From IMG/VR virus record IMGVR_UViG_3300006810_006497, positions 3,918-67,917 of that record: 64,000 nt of DNA; one strand, given 5' to 3'. This DNA is from a virus. The notes under the pieces were generated by a model. That model was not told where the DNA came from and made no database searches. It was given only the letters and a program-made list of their open reading frames with translations. This document shows, one piece after another, positions 38,743 to 47,353 of this stretch. Position 1 is the first letter of the stretch, and the number at the start of each line of letters is the position of its first letter. A program made the translations under genes and the position numbers.

Positions 38743-39602
38743 ACCGCCTTAAATCGATTCTTGGTTTCGTTGTATTTATTCTTGGCTGCAACTTTCAACG
38801 TAGGATTCTTGATTTTGTGTGCAAGTCTTCGAGCCGCTTTGAGGTCGGAGGACTTGACACCACAGTCAATACCCTCTTTCTCGCACCACTTGACGAGATC
38901 CTCGGTGGCAAGGTTTGCTCCAGACCCCTCAACGAAGGGGCAACCGCCAAGACCACCGATGCTGGAATCAAACTCTCGAACTCCCTTAAGATAACCAGTT
39001 GACACGTTGTTCATCAAGTGTTTGCCATGATGGAGGTGCAATGCCAGATCGTGGGTGAAATCGTTTGCCGTATCGATTCCCGCAGCGATGTCAAACGGAG
39101 TCGCCGTGCCTTTCGTGTCGCATAGCACGATTTTCGTACCAAAGCGGAGTCCATGCTGGACGGCCACGGCGAGATCCTCTTGACTGGCATCAAACGCCTC
39201 CGACAGGTACACTCGAACAGACTCTCGTGGCACACCTTGGAGGCACTTCTCATAATTCTCAAGGATCCGCTCCAACTTCAAACCGTAGTTGGCGATGTTG
39301 AAGGACTCAATTGGTGAGAAGAAAATGTTGAACAAACTCATGCCGCAACTGACGGCACGATCAAGTCCACGTTGATTTGGCACGAGGACGGACAGTCCCC
39401 GCTTATCGTCAAAGGTTTCGCACACTTCTTCGGCGTCGGCCATGTTGGGAACGGCCTTGGGATGAACAAAGGATGCGATTTCGATGTGATCGAGGCCAGC
39501 ATCCCTCAACAACTGGATGAGATGGATTTTGTCATCGGTGGACGGGACGTGCGGCAGATTTTGAAGTCCATCGCGAGGGCCGACTTCAAAGATCCGAATC
39601 AT
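38733..39602 (-). CDS. hmgL: hydroxymethylglutaryl-CoA lyase
   Basis: EVGPRDGLQN, ASFVHPKAVPNMAD, LHLH, DSSIGGLGGCPF..G..NLATEDLV. Confidence 0.88.
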   Translation of the reverse strand: MIRIFEVGPRDGLQNLPHVPSTDDKIHLIQLLRDAGLDHIEIASFVHPKAVPNMADAEEVCETFDDKRGLSVLVPNQRGLDRAVSCGMSLFNIFFSPIESFNIANYGLKLERILENYEKCLQGVPRESVRVYLSEAFDASQEDLAVAVQHGLRFGTKIVLCDTKGTATPFDIAAGIDTANDFTHDLALHLHHGKHLMNNVSTGYLKGVREFDSSIGGLGGCPFVEGSGANLATEDLVKWCEKEGIDCGVKSSDLKAARRLAHKIKNPTLKVAAKNKYNETKNRFKAVWN

Positions 39603-39605
39603 GCC

Positions 39606-40379
39606 TTAATCCTCCATTCCTTGATGAGGCCCCAACAATCCAGCCCTTCTCATCAAAATGACTGCTGTTTCGCGTTCAATTGGGTGTTTGAGGCTCCTGT
39701 ACCATGGTGCTGTTGCACCCTCCTCTATGGCCTCTTCGAGTTCTCGTTGCATTTGATCGCGCCATGCCGTCCCAAGGTGCGGCATCATCTCTGCTGTCAA
39801 CACATCTCGATGAGGCAACTCTCCTTTCAAACGCTTAATGGCATCACGCATATGGGCAACTTGTTCTTCGGGGAAATAAGTGTCAGCACTTGTTTCGATG
39901 GTTGAGGGGCCATAATCGATTGGCTCATCCTCTCCATAATCGGCTATCATACGTTCCAACGCCGCGTTAATTTTTGCCTCGACCTCTTCGTCGGACAATT
40001 GCTCTTGTGGCTCCTGCATCTCATCGAAAATGAAACTGTCTTTGTTTCCTCCTTGATCCGACATGACGTAAAAATCCTGATCAGGTACGTTTCGTGTGCG
40101 CCAAATTGCTGGACGGGTTTGTCTTAAGGGGACTCGATTTCGATCCATATCGATTAGATGCCCTCCAGGGACTCCTCCTTCAATGTCAGTAGGGAGATCT
40201 CCAACAGCAGAACCAAACAGGGCGTAGGCCAAAGCGGTATCAAAATCAGCAGTTGCATACCTCACATTGTCGTCCTTATCTCCGCCCGAATAAATGACAT
40301 CATAGGGGATCACCTCCCCATGCTCGTTGTAAATGGGGGCTTTGGTGATCGAATCCCAAGCGGCCTCAAACAAACTCAT
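39606..40379 (-). CDS. divergent ADP-ribosyltransferase-like protein with leader
   Basis: IYSGG..D.VRYATADFDTALAYALFGS. Paralog of 43449..44192. Confidence 0.5.
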   Translation of the reverse strand: MSLFEAAWDSITKAPIYNEHGEVIPYDVIYSGGDKDDNVRYATADFDTALAYALFGSAVGDLPTDIEGGVPGGHLIDMDRNRVPLRQTRPAIWRTRNVPDQDFYVMSDQGGNKDSFIFDEMQEPQEQLSDEEVEAKINAALERMIADYGEDEPIDYGPSTIETSADTYFPEEQVAHMRDAIKRLKGELPHRDVLTAEMMPHLGTAWRDQMQRELEEAIEEGATAPWYRSLKHPIERETAVILMRRAGLLGPHQGMED

Positions 40380-41761
40380 TCGTCGTCCCTCCAGTCTTTC
40401 AATTCGCTCACCGCCGACTCCGTGGCCGTTGGGAAGTCGTATTTGAGGTATGCTTGGTTGAATGAACGCTTTCCTTTGGGAGCAAACACGTAATACGTCC
40501 CATCACCATGGACTCCTTGATCATCTCCCAACAACTCCCGTATTCGATTCATAAGGCCTGGGTATTCATCATTGGGAAGATCGTGGTAGTCGAGATCACG
40601 ATATGGGGCTTTGATGCTCCCATAATCGCTGTAATTTCTTCCAAACCCGTGGGAATCAACCACTTCTCGTGGAAGCGACTGCCATGTTGAAAAGAACAAC
40701 TCAGGGTCTTGAGCCAAAAGTTCGCTTGTCTGCGTCCCCCAACCCTTCCATGAACCATCATCTCTCGCTCGAAGTGAGTTGCCAAGAGCCTCTCGCATCT
40801 CACTTTGCCCAATCAATTGTTGCAATGATTCGGGGAGTTGTGCAAGTGAGGTCGGAAGCGGAGCATTGCCTTGAACCACATCTTTTTTGTGGCGATTTAA
40901 TGCCCTTCGGATTGCTCTTGTTCGATCCCTTGCTCCTGCCATTCGGTCTGGATAGGAAAGAACGCCAGATCGTTTTGATGAGAGGGGGAACGTGTTTTGA
41001 GTCAAACCACTTTCCATAACCGAATCAACAACTGCATTTTCCAAATTGGCAAAGACTCGATTGATTCGATTCTCCGTTGAACGGTTTGTTTGCCAAGGGT
41101 CAGAAGGCAGTTGGGTCGCCAATAACCGTGGTTTCTTCAACTCCCTGTCCAAAAACCGTTGACCTACATCGGTATGAGATTTCAGCCCATGCAAGAAACG
41201 CCTATCCGCTTGTTCGCGTGAATTAGGGTCTTGAACCTCATCCAACAACATTTCATCTCGATAATTTTCGGGATGAGCCAAGTATTCCATCATGTAAGCA
41301 ACTCGTTCTTTCATCGCCTCATGTTCGGATTGCGAACGATGCCTAAACGAATGCCAGCCACTATTTCCCTCGCGATCCGAGATGTAAGACCCTCCGCCCC
41401 TATGTGGGAAAAATCCCGTGTAATTTGGATCGGCTTGGGCGTGTGCTTCATGTCCTTCTTCGTGATGCATGATTTCACGAATGTAATTCATGAGGTCTAT
41501 GTCGCCATAGCCTCGGTTCTCACCGACTCTCCCAACGCTGCCGAGGTTGACAAACATGGAATCCGTGAGTTGATTGTTATAGGGGCCATAGATGAGCGGG
41601 CCGTCTTTTCCCTCTCTGCCAATCGGAACTCGATATGTGTACGTGGCAGGTTGCCCTGTCCGAACACCTGCAAAGTCCCGACCCAATCCTCTTCGGTTCA
41701 TCCGACCGCCGAGCATGAAGTCCATCTTGGTGATCGAGTCCCAAGCCTGTTGAAACGACAT
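40376..41761 (-). CDS. zincin-like metallopeptidase domain protein with leader
   Basis: MSFQQAWDSITKM. IMHHEEGHEAH (HExxH) and a downstream E (ERVAY). Confidence 0.6.
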   Translation of the reverse strand: MSFQQAWDSITKMDFMLGGRMNRRGLGRDFAGVRTGQPATYTYRVPIGREGKDGPLIYGPYNNQLTDSMFVNLGSVGRVGENRGYGDIDLMNYIREIMHHEEGHEAHAQADPNYTGFFPHRGGGSYISDREGNSGWHSFRHRSQSEHEAMKERVAYMMEYLAHPENYRDEMLLDEVQDPNSREQADRRFLHGLKSHTDVGQRFLDRELKKPRLLATQLPSDPWQTNRSTENRINRVFANLENAVVDSVMESGLTQNTFPLSSKRSGVLSYPDRMAGARDRTRAIRRALNRHKKDVVQGNAPLPTSLAQLPESLQQLIGQSEMREALGNSLRARDDGSWKGWGTQTSELLAQDPELFFSTWQSLPREVVDSHGFGRNYSDYGSIKAPYRDLDYHDLPNDEYPGLMNRIRELLGDDQGVHGDGTYYVFAPKGKRSFNQAYLKYDFPTATESAVSELKDWRDDE

Positions 41762-42480
41762 CACAATCGCCTCCGATAGGGCCATTCTTCACGGCCTTGC
41801 CAAAAGCGGATTGCATCATCGCTTTGTGAATCGGACGGAACAATACGTTGCCCGTTGTATTCATGTAGGATCTTAGCCGCCATGTCGTAAAGAGCGGTGG
41901 CGTATCCTCGCCTTCTCAAGGCTTCACCTGTGTAGGTTCCTGTTGAATGGAAGTCTGTTTCAGAGTCAATGCCGCTCAATTGACCTGGGGGTGCAACTCG
42001 AAGGGGGCGAAAATCCGCCTCTGCTGCATGACCATCATCGATTGCAAGGGAAAGAAACGGTTTGCCCGCCCATTTTTGTGAGGTCTTTTTGCCAGTCGGA
42101 GAGTAAAATGGTCGATGAACAGCGGTTATTGGATAAACGTAATCAGCGTTTATTGGATCTTGGAACATTGCCTCGTAGTAGGCTAAGGATGGATGACCAT
42201 CGGCCTCTTCAAAATCAACTTCACGGAATGATTGAGGGACAATCGGCATTTTCACAATTGAGTCCCAAGCCTGGTCAAAGACGTCCTCGCTGGCTAATTT
42301 CTCTTGAACTTCTTGCGAAAAACCCTCTTCGGACATCTCCACAGGATTCTTGAACTCGCACATCATACACGCCCCGTTCGGATCATCTGGCATCCAAACA
42401 GGACGGCCACAGTACGAACATTTGCCGTCTTTGATGGCCTTAGCGAAAGCGATAGCGTGTTCATCGCTACCGCTGCTCAT
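41761..42480 (-). CDS. Zn finger plus internal leader plus GNAT acetyltransferase
   Basis: CSYC..CMMC, VFDQAWDSIVKMP, LRRRGYATALYD (motif A), QSDDAIRFW. Confidence 0.75.
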   Translation of the reverse strand: MSSGSDEHAIAFAKAIKDGKCSYCGRPVWMPDDPNGACMMCEFKNPVEMSEEGFSQEVQEKLASEDVFDQAWDSIVKMPIVPQSFREVDFEEADGHPSLAYYEAMFQDPINADYVYPITAVHRPFYSPTGKKTSQKWAGKPFLSLAIDDGHAAEADFRPLRVAPPGQLSGIDSETDFHSTGTYTGEALRRRGYATALYDMAAKILHEYNGQRIVPSDSQSDDAIRFWQGREEWPYRRRL

Positions 42481-42688
42481 GCATCCGACATACAGGCTGT
42501 TCTCTTCAAATTATCTCAACGGTGGCGCACGTGCGCTCGCTTATCGAGGTTCACGGCTGAACACGTGTATTGCTCACCTCGACCGATCCACTTCACAACT
42601 CCGCCCTCCGCCCCGAACAGGTCAAAACCGATTCGTTGTTGCTTATCCATGAAGGGCCACCGATCAAGCGTGATGCGGCAGATCCTTA

Positions 42689-42844
42689 TCATGGTTCGCC
42701 CTTGCGAAGACCATCCCAACACAATTGTTGCAATTCCTCTTCGCTGGTAAAGATCACCACATCGCTGCCCAGATCATTGGTTGCCAGCCACATTGTCAAG
42801 AATCCAGCGATAAATGCAAGCACGAATAGCACGACCAAAGTTGT
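42689..42844 (-). CDS. small single-TM protein
   Basis: TTLVVLFVLAFIAGFLTMWLA. Start approximate, near a TTG after GAGGGAGG. Confidence 0.4.
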   Translation of the reverse strand, partial: TTLVVLFVLAFIAGFLTMWLATNDLGSDVVIFTSEEELQQLCWDGLRKGEP

Positions 42845-43452
42845 CAATACAATCCCTCCCTCAAAACATAGGGCGGATGACGTGCCATCCCCATGCCCAT
42901 ATATCGTTGCCAAAAGTCGGACGCCAAGAACTCATCCATCACCCGTTCATCGAAATCGATAGCCATTCGGTCATGGATGTTCCTCGCAATATCGGGGTCT
43001 TCGTCTTGATCTTCATACAATGCATCAACATCTGGATAATTTTGACTGCCTGTGAACGCCACTTTGAGCATTTCAGGAGGGATGTTCTCCAAAACCGAAA
43101 AGTCATGATATGAGGGATTGAATTGAAAGCCCTTCAATCCTTCAACATCATCTGCAATCTCAATGACAACTGGGTGTGAATCAGGAGTCATTTCTCCAAT
43201 GTCCATATGAGGTTCGAGGTTGGCTGTTGCAAACCTCAATGCCCTTCTTGGATTTGGGGCCATGAATGCTCGGCTCTCGCCTTCATAAGGCGTTTCGTCT
43301 TCTTCCATGTACGAAAAATCATTGGCGTAGTTGCCTTCATCATGAGCGTGTGGAGTCAAACCATGTTGCATGATTGAGGGGATGTTCTTTGACGATGTGC
43401 CGTGATAATACGGCATCTTCAACAAAGCCCACGCTTGATCGAAGGCGGTCAT
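42844..43452 (-). CDS. ADP-ribosyltransferase-fold (Tpt1/PARP-like) protein with leader
   Basis: YYHGTS..NI.SIMQHGLTP, AFMAPNPRRALRFA, PVVIEI, ENIPPEML. Confidence 0.7.
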   Translation of the reverse strand: MTAFDQAWALLKMPYYHGTSSKNIPSIMQHGLTPHAHDEGNYANDFSYMEEDETPYEGESRAFMAPNPRRALRFATANLEPHMDIGEMTPDSHPVVIEIADDVEGLKGFQFNPSYHDFSVLENIPPEMLKVAFTGSQNYPDVDALYEDQDEDPDIARNIHDRMAIDFDERVMDEFLASDFWQRYMGMGMARHPPYVLREGLY

Positions 43453-43454
43453 TC
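43428..43454. repeat. 27-bp direct repeat, copy 1 (leader-coding)
   Basis: cccacgcttgatcgaaggcggtcattc, identical at 44168..44194. Confidence 0.9.
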
Positions 43455-44192
43455 CCAATCCTCCTCCGTATAACCCGCTTCGAGAGCAGCCTCACGTTGC
43501 CAGTCCTCCAAATCATTCCAGTCGCCAAGCATATCGGCCATATTGCCATCATAGCGAAGTGCCTCTATGAAATCGTCATAATCTGCCGTCCTAAACACGT
43601 CGCCGTCCATATCGTAGGTTGGTGGCGTGGGGTTGAACCTTTCAAGCGATTCGTTGTTCCTGTAAGCAATCAAACGGCTCAAGGCATCCTGTGCGTGTTT
43701 CAAACGCTGTGGAGCCGAATAGAGGTCGCCAGTTGTCCCTCCCAACTCCCCCCTGTACCTTCCTTCTTCGATGTATTGCTGCAACAATTCAATGACTTGA
43801 TCATGCGACATTGATTCGCCACCTATGTCTTCTTCGTCCATCACGCCAACGCCTGGGCTAAACGGATCCTCAATCATCAAACCAGGTTCATCCTCTTCGT
43901 ACCATCTCGGATCAATTGTCGTGATCCTTGGTATCGTTCTTCGCATTGGCGGCGAGGGCAAATCTTCCGTATCTCTTCGTCCCATGCGGTCTGCATAAGG
44001 AATAGCCGATCCATACAATGCATAATTCAAAGCAACATCAGGGTCTGTTGAATAATATCGTGGATCATCTCGAACGTCGCCGCCCGAATAAAGCATCTCA
44101 TCATCGCCAATTTCTCTGACTCTGCCACGTTCTGCTGCATAAACATCAATGGGGGCTTTCATCAAGTCCCACGCTTGATCGAAGGCGGTCAT
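43449..44192 (-). CDS. divergent ADP-ribosyltransferase-like protein with leader
   Basis: LYSGG...PRYYSTDPDVALNYALYGS. Confidence 0.5.
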   Translation of the reverse strand: MTAFDQAWDLMKAPIDVYAAERGRVREIGDDEMLYSGGDVRDDPRYYSTDPDVALNYALYGSAIPYADRMGRRDTEDLPSPPMRRTIPRITTIDPRWYEEDEPGLMIEDPFSPGVGVMDEEDIGGESMSHDQVIELLQQYIEEGRYRGELGGTTGDLYSAPQRLKHAQDALSRLIAYRNNESLERFNPTPPTYDMDGDVFRTADYDDFIEALRYDGNMADMLGDWNDLEDWQREAALEAGYTEEDWE

Positions 44193-44194
44193 TC
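44168..44194. repeat. 27-bp direct repeat, copy 2 (leader-coding)
   Basis: Identical to 43428..43454. Degenerate third copy near 44977..45001. Confidence 0.9.
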
Positions 44195-45001
44195 AAGCCC
44201 CTCCAACCATTTTGGCTTGCCTTCAACCAAGACTTTGTTTGGATTGTCGGAGAACGGTTCAAGTGCTTCCAATGCGCCTCGATAATGGATGTCGGGATAA
44301 TCAACACGATCCATTTCATTCAGCATCCTTGATGCTGGCAACTGGATTCCATAACGGTCAAGGTGTTCTTGCCACCCTTCCCCTGCTGGCAGTCCATCAT
44401 GACCGAGCATTTCCGTGTGATGTGGCATTATCAATTCGCCCTCTTTGTCGTATTCGTTGAACCAAGCATCAAATCCACCGTATCGGTATGGGTCAAGATC
44501 CATAACTCGATAATTGCCATGCTGATCTTTCATGTAATTGAAAGCATTCTCCAAATCTCCAAAGGCATACCCTAAAGCCTCTTTGGTTGATCTTGCGTTT
44601 TGAATTGGTTCATCTTTGGGTCGATCAATCAAACGAGGTTGAATCGTGTAAGCCTGACCGTGGTTTCCAATTGCGAGTTGTTCTCCCACGATTGGATAAC
44701 CCAACTTCTCCATGAAGGCATAAAAATCGTCATTAGCCGCCCTTCCTTCAGCGAAGGTGTTTGAAAACTCTTCAACATCGTTTGCATAATCCTCCCAAGA
44801 ATCTTCCCCTCCATGCTTGGGACGTTTTACCACGAATCGATTATCAAAAGGGTGTTGATAGACCATCATGTTTGAACCCCTTCCTTCTTGAGATAAAGGC
44901 GGTTGGCCCTCACCACCAAGGAGCGGCAGTTGCTTTGCTGCGCCCCTCCAATTGAGGCTGAACATCTTCACCAGATCCCAAGCGGTGTCGAATGCGGTCA
45001 T
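44189..45001 (-). CDS. protein kinase-like protein with leader
   Basis: GRGSNMMVY, FVVK, GDL...N, VMDLD. Confidence 0.55.
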   Translation of the reverse strand: MTAFDTAWDLVKMFSLNWRGAAKQLPLLGGEGQPPLSQEGRGSNMMVYQHPFDNRFVVKRPKHGGEDSWEDYANDVEEFSNTFAEGRAANDDFYAFMEKLGYPIVGEQLAIGNHGQAYTIQPRLIDRPKDEPIQNARSTKEALGYAFGDLENAFNYMKDQHGNYRVMDLDPYRYGGFDAWFNEYDKEGELIMPHHTEMLGHDGLPAGEGWQEHLDRYGIQLPASRMLNEMDRVDYPDIHYRGALEALEPFSDNPNKVLVEGKPKWLEGLE

Positions 45002-46215
45002 GCCAAGAACCTCCGCTTCGTCTGCTCAGGCATATTCGTCGTTGCAATGACCTCGATCTGGGGCAAAGCATTCGCCTTGGGCTTTCGCATCCACGGATAA
45101 ATGTCGGCCTCAACGTCCAAAAGGTCGCTGATCAAGTCGTAATACGGCACTTTGGAGTCCCGTGGGAACATATAATTGGAATAAATCGATGGCCCCACGT
45201 GTTCGCCCATCAAATCGACAACATCTCGTTGATCGTCATCATATTGCATTCCCCAGTCCTGTTTGGCATCGCCACCGTATTCGACCCTACGGCTCATGTA
45301 CGGGGGGTCGTTATACCACAAGTGCTGAGGCGTCAAGAAATCAAACGCATCACGGAAATCCTCGTTGAGAATATCAACTCCTTGCAAAGCGTTTGACCAT
45401 GGAGTCATGTTAAGGCGACCAACCATACCTGGCATCACACGAAAGTTGGGATGATCGCGTGGTTTGGTTGACTCACGGAACGATGCCCCCCCATATATTC
45501 CATCGGTGTACCACGCTTGAGGTTCTTCATCCCAAGGTTTGAATGAAAACATTCCATCCCGTTGCGTGTTGTTCGCACCGATCATCAACTCTGCCAAAAA
45601 TTGATTTTCGTCTTGAGTCAACGGTGTTCCTTCAACATCTCGAATACGCCGCAGATAATTGATGGTGTTGATCATTTCCCGCAACTCGTCAAGGTTTGTG
45701 GGCAGGGACACGTTGCCAAGTCCCCGTTGAGTCTGTTCCATAATGTTGGTTAGGTCTGGGTTGATGTCGTTGTAAATAGACCCCTTCTTGGGGCCAAAAC
45801 CAAACAAAAACGAACCACTACCCCCAAACATCTCCGCTGGAATGTAGTCATGACGCACATCCTGTGCCAATGTCCTCAACTGAGGCATCAACGAAGTCTT
45901 GCCGCCGATCCAATTCATGAACGTAGGCATCATCTCGTCTTGACCTTGGAAACCTGGGAGGCTGGTCAGCGCATCGGATGTACCCTCTCGGTACATTTGA
46001 GTCCATGGAACACCAACTCGACGGCCTCCAGCAGATCGAGGCCCCCCTTGAAACGGCAATTTGGGCAGCGGATTCGCCTTCTTGTCCTGTACGAAGGCGT
46101 CATAGTGGTCGGTGATCATCGGAAGGACGTCATCAATGTCCTCGTATTCCATCCCATCCCAGATAATGCCCTTCTCGATCAGCCCGTTCCACGCATCGTG
46201 AAACGCTCGGCTCAT
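44998..46215 (-). CDS. DNA adenine methyltransferase (Dam/D12 class) with leader
   Basis: FMNWIGGKT, EMFGGSGS, NDINPDL, YNDPPY. Confidence 0.88.
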   Translation of the reverse strand: MSRAFHDAWNGLIEKGIIWDGMEYEDIDDVLPMITDHYDAFVQDKKANPLPKLPFQGGPRSAGGRRVGVPWTQMYREGTSDALTSLPGFQGQDEMMPTFMNWIGGKTSLMPQLRTLAQDVRHDYIPAEMFGGSGSFLFGFGPKKGSIYNDINPDLTNIMEQTQRGLGNVSLPTNLDELREMINTINYLRRIRDVEGTPLTQDENQFLAELMIGANNTQRDGMFSFKPWDEEPQAWYTDGIYGGASFRESTKPRDHPNFRVMPGMVGRLNMTPWSNALQGVDILNEDFRDAFDFLTPQHLWYNDPPYMSRRVEYGGDAKQDWGMQYDDDQRDVVDLMGEHVGPSIYSNYMFPRDSKVPYYDLISDLLDVEADIYPWMRKPKANALPQIEVIATTNMPEQTKRRFLA

Positions 46216-46337
46216 GATCCTCGCATGGACAAATGTGGCTTAATTCCTTCGTTGAATGGAGAGCCTTTATACCGCTTTTCACCAACCACGATTTGGACGG
46301 CGGCAGGTTTCCACTTCGGCTTCGGGCAGTCGATCAT
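46212..46337 (-). CDS. 41-aa hypothetical peptide
   Basis: AGGTGA SD. MIDCPKPKWKP... Stop overlaps the next ATG. Confidence 0.35.
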   Translation of the reverse strand: MIDCPKPKWKPAAVQIVVGEKRYKGSPFNEGIKPHLSMRGS

Positions 46338-46676
46338 GGTTCTTTCTCACCTTCTTCCCCTGCCGCCGTCCTCCCGCTCAACAAAAAAATATGGGCATAA
46401 AACGGCCTATTTGACGCCCCGTCGAGATTCGACGAGATCTCAACAAAAAATTGTCTTCGGATTTTTTTTCAAGGAACGAAGCCACACGACTCGGTTGTAC
46501 GCAGATCTGGAGAAATACCCCCAGAAAAGCCAAACAAACCGTATTTCCGCATCATCTCACGCGTAAAACGCTGTGCGGGGGTCGTTGGGCGTGGGCCTTG
46601 AAAGGCCGAAGCAAACACGCTTGCCACGGTAAATGCTAACCATCCGCTATATATGTAATCTTCTCAGTCCTGTCAA

Positions 46677-47342
46677 TCACAACATATGGCGACCAACCAA
46701 CTTCAAAGACGGATCTCGACGGAGAGAATACAACGTGTCGTGATCATCAACATCATGGTATCCAATGTAGGAATAACCGAGATCCGCTATCGCCCTCTCG
46801 ATCTCCTCGCCCCATTCTTTCACGCCGCCATAACCTCCCTCAACATTGGCCTCCCATCGAGTTGGATTATCTGTGATGTCGGGGGTGTTCAAGCCCATGA
46901 CATAACGACCGACAAGATCCTTGATGTCCTTCATTGAGTCGATAAATCGATTTTCGTCCTCGTAATATCCAGGCGGATACAATTCGAGTCGATTGCCCAA
47001 ATTGTTGAGGAGCATTTGGTATTGCTCATCCGTGAGATTCTCTTCTCGCATCACCTGCAAAGGATCGTCAAGCAAATCCGATTCAAAGCGCATCACGTAA
47101 GGAACGGACATCGGTTGGTCGTCTGGATCGTAATAGTGTTCCATCGTTGCAAGACGCTCATGTGCGTAATTCTCTGCGGCGGAACGATCCGTGGTCAAGA
47201 AACCAGGATCCTCCAAAGAATACGCTTGTTGCATCCCTTTGTGATGATTGAATGGCGGCTGGTTCGGATAACCAAAGGGAGCAGCGGTTCCTCGATAGAC
47301 CGTGGCCTTGAGCAGATCCCAACTGCGTTCAAATGCGCTCAT
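46677..47342 (-). CDS. ADP-ribosyltransferase-like protein with leader
   Basis: VYRGT, GFLTTDRSAAENYA, PYVMRF, LGYSYIGYHD. Confidence 0.6.
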   Translation of the reverse strand: MSAFERSWDLLKATVYRGTAAPFGYPNQPPFNHHKGMQQAYSLEDPGFLTTDRSAAENYAHERLATMEHYYDPDDQPMSVPYVMRFESDLLDDPLQVMREENLTDEQYQMLLNNLGNRLELYPPGYYEDENRFIDSMKDIKDLVGRYVMGLNTPDITDNPTRWEANVEGGYGGVKEWGEEIERAIADLGYSYIGYHDVDDHDTLYSLRRDPSLKLVGRHML

Positions 47343-47353
47343 AGGTAGCCCCA

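Noticed and set aside
43428-44194. 27-bp repeats as att sites or DGR TR/VR
   Set aside because: No integrase or reverse transcriptase in the window and no adenine-specific mismatches. The repeats coincide with leader codons.
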